64,000 nt of DNA from a virus (Duplodnaviria > Caudoviricetes): positions 1 through 64,000 of the IMG/VR virus record IMGVR_UViG_3300030061_001386; one strand, 5' to 3'. The notes under the pieces are model-generated. The model searched no databases and had not been told where the DNA came from. It was given only the letters and a program-made list of their open reading frames with translations. Shown here piece after piece: positions 38,468-47,290 of this stretch (positions within the stretch are counted from its first letter, which is position 1; the number at the start of each line of letters is the position of its first letter). The translations under genes were made by a program, and so were the position numbers.

Positions 38468-38535
38468 AGCCTTGGGTAAGGGGTTAAACAAATTAACTTT
38501 GTTAAGGCGTAGAGAAATAAAAAAATTGTAAAGCA

Positions 38536-38559
38536 AAGCATATGGTTGGAGTACTTTGT
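38536..38559. promoter_or_regulatory. Palindromic element copy 1 (core plus right arm)
   Basis: aagcatatggtt-ggagt-actttgt. Confidence 0.6.
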
Positions 38560-38600
38560 TACATAGACCACAAAGCCCTTTCGGGACAATGGGTTACGTC

Positions 38601-39332
38601 TCACTCTTCTTCTTGAGTGGCATTACGAGCATCAATAGAGGCTTGCTTTCTCATTGCAATGATGTCGGGAGTACATTCAGATGTTGATAATGTCTCACAT
38701 CTGAAATTGCAGTCAATGCCGATAGGCTCAGTTATACCAAGAGCATCTTCAACTATACTCTGAATTAAACCAAGGTCAGCCAATGGTGCTTGAACCATAG
38801 TAGATTCAATAACTGCTTTCCTAGCAACTTTCTCGGTTTCCCAACGAGTAGTAAATGTAAGAATAAGACCATCAGAAGAATTACTCAGAGTAGGGGTCAT
38901 AACAACCGAATCATCATAACATAGTTTCAAGTAATCGTATGTTTTGTTTGTCTCAATCCCTAATGATTCATGCATATACATGGAAGACCCTCTAGGTTTA
39001 GCCCACACTTCTTTAGTTGTCTCAACCCTTTCAGTGGTATAATCACAATCGAAACCGTTCTCTGTCAATTGAGTTTTCCATGCTCTAGCATCTGAGCCGT
39101 ATTTTGTAGTAATAGCATGTTTACCGTCTATTGAAACAAGAAAATTGGTTTTAGTATCCACTTCTTCAACTAAACCATATGTAACATTCGGAGGAGTACT
39201 GGTATAATGAGAAGAGGAGCAAAGAATCAAACCTTTCTCTGATAACTTTGAGGCTACCTTAGAGAAGGCTTTATCGCTCATCTTTTCTTCTGCATATATG
39301 TATTTGGCAACTTGCACGTAACTAACTGACAT
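38601..39332 (-). CDS. Hypothetical early protein
   Basis: Likely leaderless start MSVSYVQ at 39332, about 23 nt from a TATATA box. Confidence 0.6.
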   Translation of the reverse strand: MSVSYVQVAKYIYAEEKMSDKAFSKVASKLSEKGLILCSSSHYTSTPPNVTYGLVEEVDTKTNFLVSIDGKHAITTKYGSDARAWKTQLTENGFDCDYTTERVETTKEVWAKPRGSSMYMHESLGIETNKTYDYLKLCYDDSVVMTPTLSNSSDGLILTFTTRWETEKVARKAVIESTMVQAPLADLGLIQSIVEDALGITEPIGIDCNFRCETLSTSECTPDIIAMRKQASIDARNATQEEE

Positions 39333-39352
39333 GGTATATACTCTGAATAACT

Positions 39353-39411
39353 GGTATATAGGGTACTCGTTTAACAAAGTATCTCTTACCATATGGTTGT
39401 AATTACTTTGT
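39353..39411 (-). promoter_or_regulatory. Palindromic element copy 2 plus TATA box
   Basis: ggtatataggg...acaaagt-N7-accatatggt-N7-actttgt. Confidence 0.75.
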
Positions 39412-39475
39412 GATTATGGAAACCCCAAGGAGTAGAGGAGGCCATTTCTGACCCCCCCTACGGGGTTTTGCGTGT

Positions 39476-40012
39476 TTACTCGGTTGTTGAGGGTGCTTCG
39501 GGTGTTTCCACCACTTTTTGAACAATTAAGTTCTTCAAAGCCTTACCCTTAACGTATTGATAGTCTTTTGAACTACCACGTATTGCGCTGTGAACTCTAG
39601 CATCAAAAGAAGCAAGTTCGTAATCTGCAAAGGTTTCAGCATCGGCGAAAACTCCTCCTCCGCCTCTCTTACTCCTTACTGCAAATCTTTGAAAGAAATT
39701 AGTATTCCAAAGAGTAATTAGAGCAGTTCGTGCTTCTGCTCTGCCTGAATTATAGTCTTCAAGAAGTTTCGAATCCATTGTTGTAGCCTTACCTGTTTTG
39801 AAAGGGCTAGTTGCTATATCCATGAAGAGAGTTCGAACAGTAGACATAATTCTACTTCTTCGGTCTGCATTTTTCTTACCTTTCTTCATAAGAGTAGTCA
39901 GAGAATCCAAATCCTCTGAATAGTTGTCATGACCTTCGTCATTCCAACCCTTATTGGCTTTCTGCCACGTTTTCACTGTTGTTTCAAAATTATTCCACTT
40001 ATCATCTGTCAT
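39476..40012 (-). CDS. Hypothetical early protein, paralogue A
   Basis: Shares W..F..T...W and KG..N..R..RI.ST.R....D.A..P with 41415..41888. Confidence 0.65.
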   Translation of the reverse strand: MTDDKWNNFETTVKTWQKANKGWNDEGHDNYSEDLDSLTTLMKKGKKNADRRSRIMSTVRTLFMDIATSPFKTGKATTMDSKLLEDYNSGRAEARTALITLWNTNFFQRFAVRSKRGGGGVFADAETFADYELASFDARVHSAIRGSSKDYQYVKGKALKNLIVQKVVETPEAPSTTE

Positions 40013-40046
40013 AATGGGTGTCTCCTACTATATCTGACGTTTTGGG

Positions 40047-40104
40047 GGTATATAGGGTATTCAGATTCACAAAGTAGTTCATACCATATGGTAGGATACT
40101 TTGT
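40047..40104 (-). promoter_or_regulatory. Palindromic element copy 3 plus TATA box
   Basis: ggtatatagggt...acaaagt-N7-accatatggt-N5-actttgt. Confidence 0.75.
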
Positions 40105-40130
40105 CATCATACCTGATGGGAGGAAGAGGC

Positions 40131-40935
40131 TCACTCTTCTTCTCCGCAATCATCAGGGTCACAAACTGAAATATCATATTCACTGTAATCATGCCCTTCA
40201 TCAATAGTATTTCCACACTTAGAACATTCTTCAGTATAGAAAACCCAAGAGGGCAAACTATCCTCCGGTAATGCATTACTCCTATCACGCATAATTCCAC
40301 CTCTCAAAAATATACTCTTCTGTTTCTACTCTCAAAACTAATTTCATCATTCCTCTTCACCTTCTTGTTTTACAAGTATTACCTCGACACCATCAACGAA
40401 CCAAGTCATACGATGACCTCCCCTCAATAGTTGTTCAAAAATGTCGATATCATGTTCAGTAATTGTTAACGTTATTGTTTTATAACTCATTTAATCAGCC
40501 TCCAATTCAGCAAGATATTCATCAATCATTTGTGCTATATCATTGGGTATAGTTGCAATGCTTACTCTCTCGCCATTCTCTAATTCTGCATCAATACACC
40601 AACTCACTACTCTTAACAAGGTAAACACACTCCACATATTTCATTACTGCACACATACCAAATCATAGTCATAGGTTTTCTAGTAATCATATTGAAATCC
40701 CTACGCTCAAACATATTGTCCTCATCAATTATAGTATTACATTCACCACATCTCATTTTAATCACTCCTCCGTATAGGAATCAAACCACATTCCACGCTT
40801 TTTCATATCTGAACAAGTCTCACCACTTGTTTCAGGGTTTTGACAATGTTCTTGTGCTTCTTCAAGGGTTAACCCTTTCTTTATCGTTGTATGATTCCCA
40901 TTAAATCTCTGTCTTATTATCTTATATCTTACCAT
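40131..40935 (-). CDS. Cluster of very small tandem ORFs (about 45-57 aa, some CxxC-containing)
   Basis: Read manually: 40762-40935 (MVRYKII...GLTLEEAQEHCQNPETS...WFDSY), 40613-40756 (MRCGEC...), 40347-40490, 40131-40292 (...CSKC...); tightly packed with GGAG-type SD sites. Confidence 0.5.
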
Positions 40936-41247
40936 TTATATTCCTCCACTGTTTTTATTTGTATATAGAGTAAACTCTGTCCTAAACCTCTTAGGTTGAA
41001 ACTTAGGATTAGTACCAACTAACAACTCTGAAAGTTTTTGAACTTGAGTATGAGTCATATCCATTTCATGTGCCATTTGTACCATCCATTCATAATGTCT
41101 TCTAGTAAAAAGAGTCGAAGACGGTTTAGGATATGCTTTACCCTTAGTTCTTGCACCACATGAACACACGAACTCTATTAGACTATCAATATCGTCTATT
41201 TCTGTACTCTCTCCACACTTCCAACATTCGATTATACTTGTCTGCAT
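40936..41247 (-). CDS. Zn-ribbon early protein
   Basis: CWKC...CSC; leaderless start about 23 nt from a TATA box. Confidence 0.6.
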   Translation of the reverse strand: MQTSIIECWKCGESTEIDDIDSLIEFVCSCGARTKGKAYPKPSSTLFTRRHYEWMVQMAHEMDMTHTQVQKLSELLVGTNPKFQPKRFRTEFTLYTNKNSGGI

Positions 41248-41267
41248 ACTCTATACCCCTAATAGTA

Positions 41268-41343
41268 GGTATATATAGGGTTTTTACGACAAAGTGCCGA
41301 ACCATATGGTAAGATGTACTTTGTCACATCAACCCCATATACC
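41268..41343. promoter_or_regulatory. Palindromic element copy 4 with TATA-like boxes on both sides
   Basis: ggtatatataggg...acaaagt-N5-accatatggt-N7-actttgt...ccccatatacc. Confidence 0.75.
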
Positions 41344-41414
41344 CAAAGAGATAGAGGAGAATTAACTCCTCTACCTCTCAATAAGGTTGCTCAGAAGGGA
41401 TGAGAACACCCACC

Positions 41415-41888
41415 TTATTCTTGACCTCCGTTAGAAGGTAAAGTAGATACAAGACTGTCATGAGTACCGTCCCAAGTGCCTGACTTAGACATACCAACAG
41501 CAACGCTGTTAATATTCTTCAGTACACTTGAAGCCCACGCCTGACCATTAGCATAGTGCTTAACTTTGCTTCTTTGGTTAGGTAGCATCAATGCTCTGAT
41601 AGCATCTCCGCCATTATCGAAAGCCTCAGCCATTGCATTAACTGCTTCAGTTACTGAAGCAACAACTGCCTGACCCTCAGCAGGAAGAGAGTAACCTCTC
41701 TGTCCATAAGGAGCGTTTGCGTAGTCCCTTGCAATCTCTCTAATAGTAGAGGAAATGCGAACTTGCCTTGATTCGTTACTTGTTCCTTTTTCAATCATCT
41801 TGCGGATAGTTGCATTATCTGCTTTATCCACTGTCTTGTCTGCGTCTAGCCATGCTAGAGTAGTTCCTGTAAATTGCGTCCATTCCAT
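41415..41888 (-). CDS. Hypothetical early protein, paralogue B
   Basis: Similar to 39476..40012; GGTGA upstream. Confidence 0.65.
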   Translation of the reverse strand: MEWTQFTGTTLAWLDADKTVDKADNATIRKMIEKGTSNESRQVRISSTIREIARDYANAPYGQRGYSLPAEGQAVVASVTEAVNAMAEAFDNGGDAIRALMLPNQRSKVKHYANGQAWASSVLKNINSVAVGMSKSGTWDGTHDSLVSTLPSNGGQE

Positions 41889-41955
41889 TTATATCACCTG
41901 TTAAGATAGATAGGTTTTCTCAAACCCTTCTAAGCAATATTATGTTGGTTATATC

Positions 41956-41997
41956 GGTATATGGGGTCTCTGCTACAAAGTGCCACAACCATATGGT
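41956..41997 (-). promoter_or_regulatory. Palindromic element copy 5 plus TATA box
   Basis: ggtatatgggg...acaaagt-N6-accatatggt. Confidence 0.7.
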
Positions 41998-42070
41998 AAT
42001 AGAAATAAACGAAGGTTTGTGAAAAAACGACTGTCGGATGGCAAGAGGGAAAATGTGTAAATATTTACAC

Positions 42071-42096
42071 AAGCATATGGTTGGTACGTTACTTTG
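42071..42096. promoter_or_regulatory. Palindromic element copy 6 (core plus right arm)
   Basis: aagcatatggtt-N8-actttg. Confidence 0.55.
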
Positions 42097-42142
42097 GGAA
42101 GTTAAACCCCAATAAGATGACCCGAAGGCCAAATTATCGGAT

Positions 42143-42403
42143 TTAACTCCATCTGTCGTTAACGCTGAGTTCGGTAACTGAATAGGGTAGGTTAGTTAGT
42201 ATATTTTCAATTTCTATCCTTCGTGGTCTACCACTTCCTCGCATTGCTCCGTTCAATGTTGCTAATTCCTTAGTTAGTAAAAGTATGACTCTATCATTGA
42301 GACGCTTGCATTCTGCTAATGCAACTCTTTCTCTCTGATACAACCCTCTCGATATTTTACCATCTTCAGTATTCTTATTCACCTGATATATCACGCTTGA
42401 CAT
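42143..42403 (-). CDS. Small early protein
   Basis: Leaderless ATG about 23 nt from the TATA box of element 7. Confidence 0.55.
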   Translation of the reverse strand: MSSVIYQVNKNTEDGKISRGLYQRERVALAECKRLNDRVILLLTKELATLNGAMRGSGRPRRIEIENILTNLPYSVTELSVNDRWS

Positions 42404-42423
42404 GGTATATACTACAAAAAATA

Positions 42424-42498
42424 GGTATATGTAGGGTACTGTTCACAAAGTATTGTACCATATGGTGGGGCTACTTTGTCAGAATCACCCCATATATC
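42424..42498. promoter_or_regulatory. Palindromic element copy 7, divergent promoter
   Basis: ggtatatgtaggg...acaaagt-N5-accatatggt-N6-actttgt...ccccatatatc; genes start on both sides. Confidence 0.75.
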
Positions 42499-42518
42499 AG
42501 ATAAGTGCGATATATAAT

Positions 42519-42704
42519 ATGTCAAGACTTATTGAAGGCAAGGTTTACCCTTATGAGTTAGAGGTTGGTCACTCTAAATCAGGTTCACACCAAGTATTAG
42601 TAATCAAAAGCCTAAAGGTCAAAGGTGATGACTTAGCCAAGGCATTAGAAGAGTTGCATTCAGCAATCAATGTATTCAATGAAATACTAAACCAAAATAA
42701 TTAG
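42519..42704 (+). CDS. Small early protein (MSRLIEGKVY...)
   Basis: ATG about 22 nt downstream of the right-hand TATA box of element 7. Confidence 0.55.
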   Translation: MSRLIEGKVYPYELEVGHSKSGSHQVLVIKSLKVKGDDLAKALEELHSAINVFNEILNQNN

Positions 42705-42708
42705 ATTC

Positions 42709-43150
42709 CCATATGGGGCTGAAAGTGGATTGGATGAAATCACAGGATTTATCCCACTCTAGGATTTGTCAGAACGTTTGTTCTTGTATCCTCTCTAATC
42801 TCAACGACATATACTCACTATTCTAGAACAGTTGTGTATAATTACTCGGTTGAGCATGATTGAACAACAAACTTCCCACTGCTTAGAGAACGAAAAAATA
42901 TCACCGTTCACCGAAGCCCCATATATTTCACATTCTTGGTAGACCAATTCGCCCTATAAACGGCCAGAACTTGGGACTACTACTTTCTGTAAATAACGTA
43001 ATGAAAAAAGCGAAAACGCAGGTAATAGAGAGGTAGCCGAGTACACAATTTCGGTGTGTACCAAAACCGTAACCGAGGTTCTGAGTAAACGTAACTTGCT
43101 AGCGTAGACGTTTACAATAAGAACCGTCAAGTCGTGGGACTACTTTCTAT
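42709..43150 (-). ncRNA. Putative structured non-coding RNA(s)
   Basis: No ORF of 60 aa or more; promoter element 8 points into it; atatggggct/agccccatat closing stem; several hairpins. Confidence 0.4.
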
Positions 43151-43164
43151 TAACTGTATTTTTA

Positions 43165-43204
43165 GTATATATGGGGATGCCGACAAAGTGGCCTACCATA
43201 TGGT
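43165..43204 (-). promoter_or_regulatory. Palindromic element copy 8 plus TATA box
   Basis: gtatatatgggg...acaaagt-N5-accatatggt. Confidence 0.7.
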
Positions 43205-43309
43205 TGTAATTTTACAATAGAAATAAACTCGGCGGAGGTGTTCGCAGAGGTGGCAGGGATATATATACCGAATCGGGGATTTTAGTATTGTCAGCGAGTG
43301 TCATTCATT

Positions 43310-43790
43310 CGCATGTTTATCCTAATGATATATTTAATCAACACCTTATCTTAGATACACAACCTTTGACACCTACAAATCAATACAATTTATTGGGTAT
43401 AAACTACCCTTCCCATATAGTATAATATAATATACTAATATTAGTATGGTATAACATATAATTAATATCTATATTGTAACAGTCTCTGATTCTGCTTTCG
43501 TTTATCCTCGTTTATCTAGTCAAATGATAAATGGGAACGCTAGAAAAGTGGATTTCTGAGTCATATAGATAGATTTAGTATATTCATTTATCATTTATTA
43601 TTATTATACATATATTATATCTCATACATTCACACTCAATATCTACTATCACCTACTACTATTATTATTATAGGAGCATGGTGATAAACGTGATAAACGA
43701 TAGATGAATAGGAAAATCTGCGAATCCTAAATAATTTCGCAGAATAATGTTTATCATTGGCCTGTATAATTGGCCGATAAACGACATCAC
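43310..43790. other. Candidate replication origin
   Basis: About 9 GATAAA(C/T)(G/A) iteron-like repeats in both orientations, interleaved with very AT-rich tracts, at the coding-strand switch. Confidence 0.5.
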
Positions 43791-43809
43791 ACTCAACAAT
43801 TTATGGAAG

Positions 43810-44710
43810 ACGAGAAATGCGTTTGGCATACTTAGCGGTATGTCATCTGACAAGCGAAGTAGTGACTTTAGGAGGACTACCATATCCGAATAGAGGAATG
43901 ACGGAGTGACAGAGTATTGGCATAAGTTGAGAATTGTAGGTTACTTACAGTAATTGAACAGATAGATACAGGAGTTCGCCCTTCAAACAAGATGAGGACA
44001 AGCCCTACTTCGGTAGGTGAGTTTGACTTTTGTGAGATTGAATACCTAACCCTTGGGAGTTGTCCTTGGGTTGCTTTGCGCTATAAAAAAGAGCAGTCGG
44101 TATTGCGGTAAATATCATCAATGTGTTACTTCAGCATATTACATCACCTCCGAGTAAGACGGCATAGTACGTCTGTTCACCCTACACATCACACTCGCAA
44201 GAGTAAGGCGTTCAATTGCATAAGTCCTGACGAGGCAATAAGAACTTAATGAAGACAAAACCAGTTGCGGTGCAAAGTTTTCACCTTATTCTCAACAGTA
44301 GAGTTTACTGAAATAAAAAAGACAAATCGAGGTGGATTAGATTTCCATCCAAAGCAGTGATTAAATGACCTGCCCAATCTTGAATTAATTTTCGAGTATC
44401 AGTAATGTGGTTTTCGCCCATGTCTTTCTCTACTATTCACACTCAAAGTACAAGGTTTTTACTTCCTAAAACTATATTTGATTGGGGCTGATTACCCCAA
44501 CTTAACTGAGGCTCAACCCGACATCATGTGTCGGAAAATCCTATTCATAGGTCTTACTCAGAATAAGATAGTTTATCCTTGTGCGTACAAATGGTGTTGG
44601 GTAGCCCTCAGTTAGTTCTGCTAGGGTAACATCTAAGAGTTGGGTTTTGATTAGGTAATAAATTATGGTCGATTGAGCATCGTAGGTAATTTTCCCAACT
44701 AATCACATTC
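43810..44710 (+). ncRNA. Putative large (about 0.9 kb) structured ncRNA
   Basis: ORF-free; C(UUCG)G and GNRA tetraloop hairpins on the + strand; multiple long-range helices. Confidence 0.55.
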
Positions 44711-44731
44711 AAAGAAAGGAGAGAAATAAAA

Positions 44732-45013
44732 ATGAAAATAAGTAAAAACGGATTTGTAGAAAACAAGACATACATACACATGATAACTGATAGGTATCAT
44801 ACTCACATGAAAGTGTCAGTATTTGATTCGCCAAACTTAGGTGGAATGATTTTACATAAAGAACGGGATGTTACAACAAGTAACAAATCGAAGATATATA
44901 AATGGGCTAGAGAGAATGGATATCCTGTATATCATTGGAAACAGGAAGCATTCATGTCGCCCTATATTTATTCACCAAGTATCGCTGAACCAATTGACCC
45001 AAGGGGATATTGA
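44732..45013 (+). CDS. Hypothetical protein
   Basis: AGGAG upstream; first gene of the + arm. Confidence 0.6.
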   Translation: MKISKNGFVENKTYIHMITDRYHTHMKVSVFDSPNLGGMILHKERDVTTSNKSKIYKWARENGYPVYHWKQEAFMSPYIYSPSIAEPIDPRGY

Positions 45014-45015
45014 AA

Positions 45016-45546
45016 ATGAACATATTTGTATTAGACAACTGCCCTAGAGAAAGTGCTAGAATGATGGCAGACAAACACGTAGTAAAAATGCCAACTGAAA
45101 GTTTACAGATGATTTCAACAATACTAAACTTGTATGGATTGAAGAGTCCTTACAAACCTGTAATGTTAAATCATCCTTGTACCATTTGGTCAAGAGAGAC
45201 AAAACAGAATATGCAATTCTTACTAGACCATGCAGATGAGTTGTGTAAAGAGTACACACGTAGATATGGTAAAGTTCACAAAGTCGAACTCTCAATGAAA
45301 GAGTTTGCAGAAGAAATAGAGAAGGTTCTAACCTTGTTACCTGATGATGGTTTAACCCCATTTGCAGTAGCAATCAGTGAGAATCAAAAATGCAGAAGTG
45401 CAGTGGAAAACTTTGATAGTTTATCAACTGTTGAGAAGTATAGAGCATATTACATTCACGACAAGTATTGGTTTGCAACATGGAGGTGGCCGTTAAATCC
45501 ACCTTCTTGGTATGCCAAACATGTGAATCAGTATGCTAGGTTTTAG
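45016..45546 (+). CDS. Pyrimidine-dimer DNA glycosylase (T4 endonuclease V-like)
   Basis: MNIFVLD..P..SA...DKHVVKM..E..Q...YKP...NHPCTIW...EY..RYGK.H family pattern. Confidence 0.8.
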   Translation: MNIFVLDNCPRESARMMADKHVVKMPTESLQMISTILNLYGLKSPYKPVMLNHPCTIWSRETKQNMQFLLDHADELCKEYTRRYGKVHKVELSMKEFAEEIEKVLTLLPDDGLTPFAVAISENQKCRSAVENFDSLSTVEKYRAYYIHDKYWFATWRWPLNPPSWYAKHVNQYARF

Positions 45547-45557
45547 GAGAGATAGTA

Positions 45558-46112
45558 ATGACACGATTTAATAAACATATGAATAGAAATGTAAACACTA
45601 AATTGCATCGTAAATCAGAACGCTTTTGTTCGTATATCAAAGAAGATGGACATAGATGTAATACCCCTTTTGTGGGCTTTACACTTAAGCATATATTTTG
45701 TGATGAACACAAACCTGATGATGCTGTTGATGACAATTCAACCGAACCTAAAAATCTAAGAAATAGATATGCAAGAAACACAAACACAGAGGAGATGAGA
45801 CTTTTCATTGTTGATTTAATGAAAAGAGATTCAGAGGGTTTGTTGGGTAAAAGTAATGGTAGGTCTAAGGTCGAAAAGGAACTCAAGGAATTGAAGAAAG
45901 AGGTCAAGGAATTGAAGAATATAGTCAAAGCCGTCAATAAAGAAAACAAGAAATTGAGAGAAGACAAAGATAGTGTGTCTTCAATACTAGAGAATATTGA
46001 TGAGTTGAACAAGACAGTTGAAAAGTTTAGAAAAACAACCCTAGTTAATTCAGGGAGAATTAAGAACATTAGAGTTGATATTGACGCTCTTAAAGAAAAA
46101 TGGGGTCTTTGA
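45558..46112 (+). CDS. Zn-finger plus coiled-coil protein
   Basis: C..(G.RC)...FCDEH followed by heptad repeats. Confidence 0.6.
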   Translation: MTRFNKHMNRNVNTKLHRKSERFCSYIKEDGHRCNTPFVGFTLKHIFCDEHKPDDAVDDNSTEPKNLRNRYARNTNTEEMRLFIVDLMKRDSEGLLGKSNGRSKVEKELKELKKEVKELKNIVKAVNKENKKLREDKDSVSSILENIDELNKTVEKFRKTTLVNSGRIKNIRVDIDALKEKWGL

Positions 46113-46345
46113 CCCAAACACAATCAAGTCGGTTTCCACAGTAATTAGTGAGATTCTCAAAAATCGTGGTGTTGCTCTCTCCGCATAATCACTTTCCGAC
46201 ATTAAATGTAATAGAAATAAACTATTTTATGTAAAAAGCAGAAACAATGTGCTATTTTGTACAGTTTAAGTAGTCTCAGGATTTATTTTTCACAAGAATT
46301 AGTTTATTTCTATTATGAATGAGTTAAAGAGTAAGAGGAATTAAA

Positions 46346-46534
46346 ATGGTAATAAGTAACAATAAATTAAATAATAAAGAGTTTTACTGTAACATCTGTA
46401 ATGACACAGAGCAAGTTGCGGTACAAACAAAGTATGGTGAATATGAAGTTGAAGAATGTCTTTGTGTTATGCAGAAGTTCTATGAGAGACATGGTATAGA
46501 GGTTGAAGACGATGACCAAGAAGATAATAGGTAG
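46346..46534 (+). CDS. Small Zn-binding protein
   Basis: CNIC...ECLC. Confidence 0.55.
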   Translation: MVISNNKLNNKEFYCNICNDTEQVAVQTKYGEYEVEECLCVMQKFYERHGIEVEDDDQEDNR

Positions 46535-46588
46535 ATGTGAAATATGTCATGTCAGAAAGGCTATTTGGACTAATCAACCCAAAGATAC

Positions 46589-46888
46589 ATGTTACGACTG
46601 CTATCAGACCCTAACATGTTAGAGAGAGACAAGCAGTATATTAGATTTAAGAATGCACTTCTTTCGGTGAAAGAGATTCAAGCATTTACTTGGTCTAATC
46701 TGAAAGAAACAGATGAAATGAATAGGTTGTTCTATGGTGATAGATTAGGTGAACATGGAAGACCAAAGTACTACAAGGTAGTAGTCTTTCTTCGTGGAGG
46801 ACAAAACTTTGTATCTGCTTGCACAAAGAAGAACCTTGACCATTTGATTAGAAGATTCAAGAGACAATGGTCTGATGAAGAGGAATAA
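46589..46888 (+). CDS. Hypothetical protein
   Basis: ORF in operon. Confidence 0.5.
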   Translation: MLRLLSDPNMLERDKQYIRFKNALLSVKEIQAFTWSNLKETDEMNRLFYGDRLGEHGRPKYYKVVVFLRGGQNFVSACTKKNLDHLIRRFKRQWSDEEE

Positions 46889-46890
46889 TA

Positions 46891-47091
46891 ATGACAGATA
46901 ATATGAGAGATATAATAGCAGTCAATGTAGAGAAAATGAAGAATCATTACAATGGTATGGTTGAGGCATACGAGAAGTTGCCTGAACTTAAGCCTGTAAG
47001 AAAACAGATAATAGAAGATGCTATCTTAGTGATTGGGGTCACTATGGATGGTGTGATAAAAGAAATAATAGATGAAGGAGGAAGAATATAA
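46891..47091 (+). CDS. Hypothetical protein
   Basis: ORF with GAGG upstream. Confidence 0.5.
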   Translation: MTDNMRDIIAVNVEKMKNHYNGMVEAYEKLPELKPVRKQIIEDAILVIGVTMDGVIKEIIDEGGRI

Positions 47092-47290
47092 TGTTTGGAA
47101 TATTAAAAACGATGTATCAGATAGCAACACCTTGGAACTGGACTAGTGACGGTACAGGGAACGATGACGTCTGAGTGAATTAACAGCGAATGTAGAGTTT
47201 AAATACTCTCAGAAAGAATAAGAAATAAAGAGGAGAAAAAGATGAAAATAGGAAAGATATACTACAATCAAGGTAGTATTTATTGGAGGA

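Noticed and set aside
559-38531. Plus-strand ORFs in the left arm (e.g. 559-1017, 18116-18736) and minus-strand ORFs beyond 45 kb
   Set aside because: Antisense shadows of real genes: S/L/F-rich, no SD sites, fully overlapping well-supported CDSs.
42715-42925. GGGGCTGAAA...GGATT resembling a tmRNA/tRNA 5' end (also ggggctgatt at 44484)
   Set aside because: No TTCGA T-loop or CCA-type acceptor end; no cloverleaf could be built. No tRNA genes were recognised anywhere in the window.
38536-43204. Repeats as a CRISPR array
   Set aside because: Spacing is irregular (about 100-1200 bp) and the intervals contain genes; the repeats are gapped palindromes tied to TATA boxes; no cas genes are present.
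44225-44265. CTGACGAG as a hammerhead ribozyme core
   Set aside because: No properly placed stem II followed by GAAAC, and no matching cleavage triplet was found.
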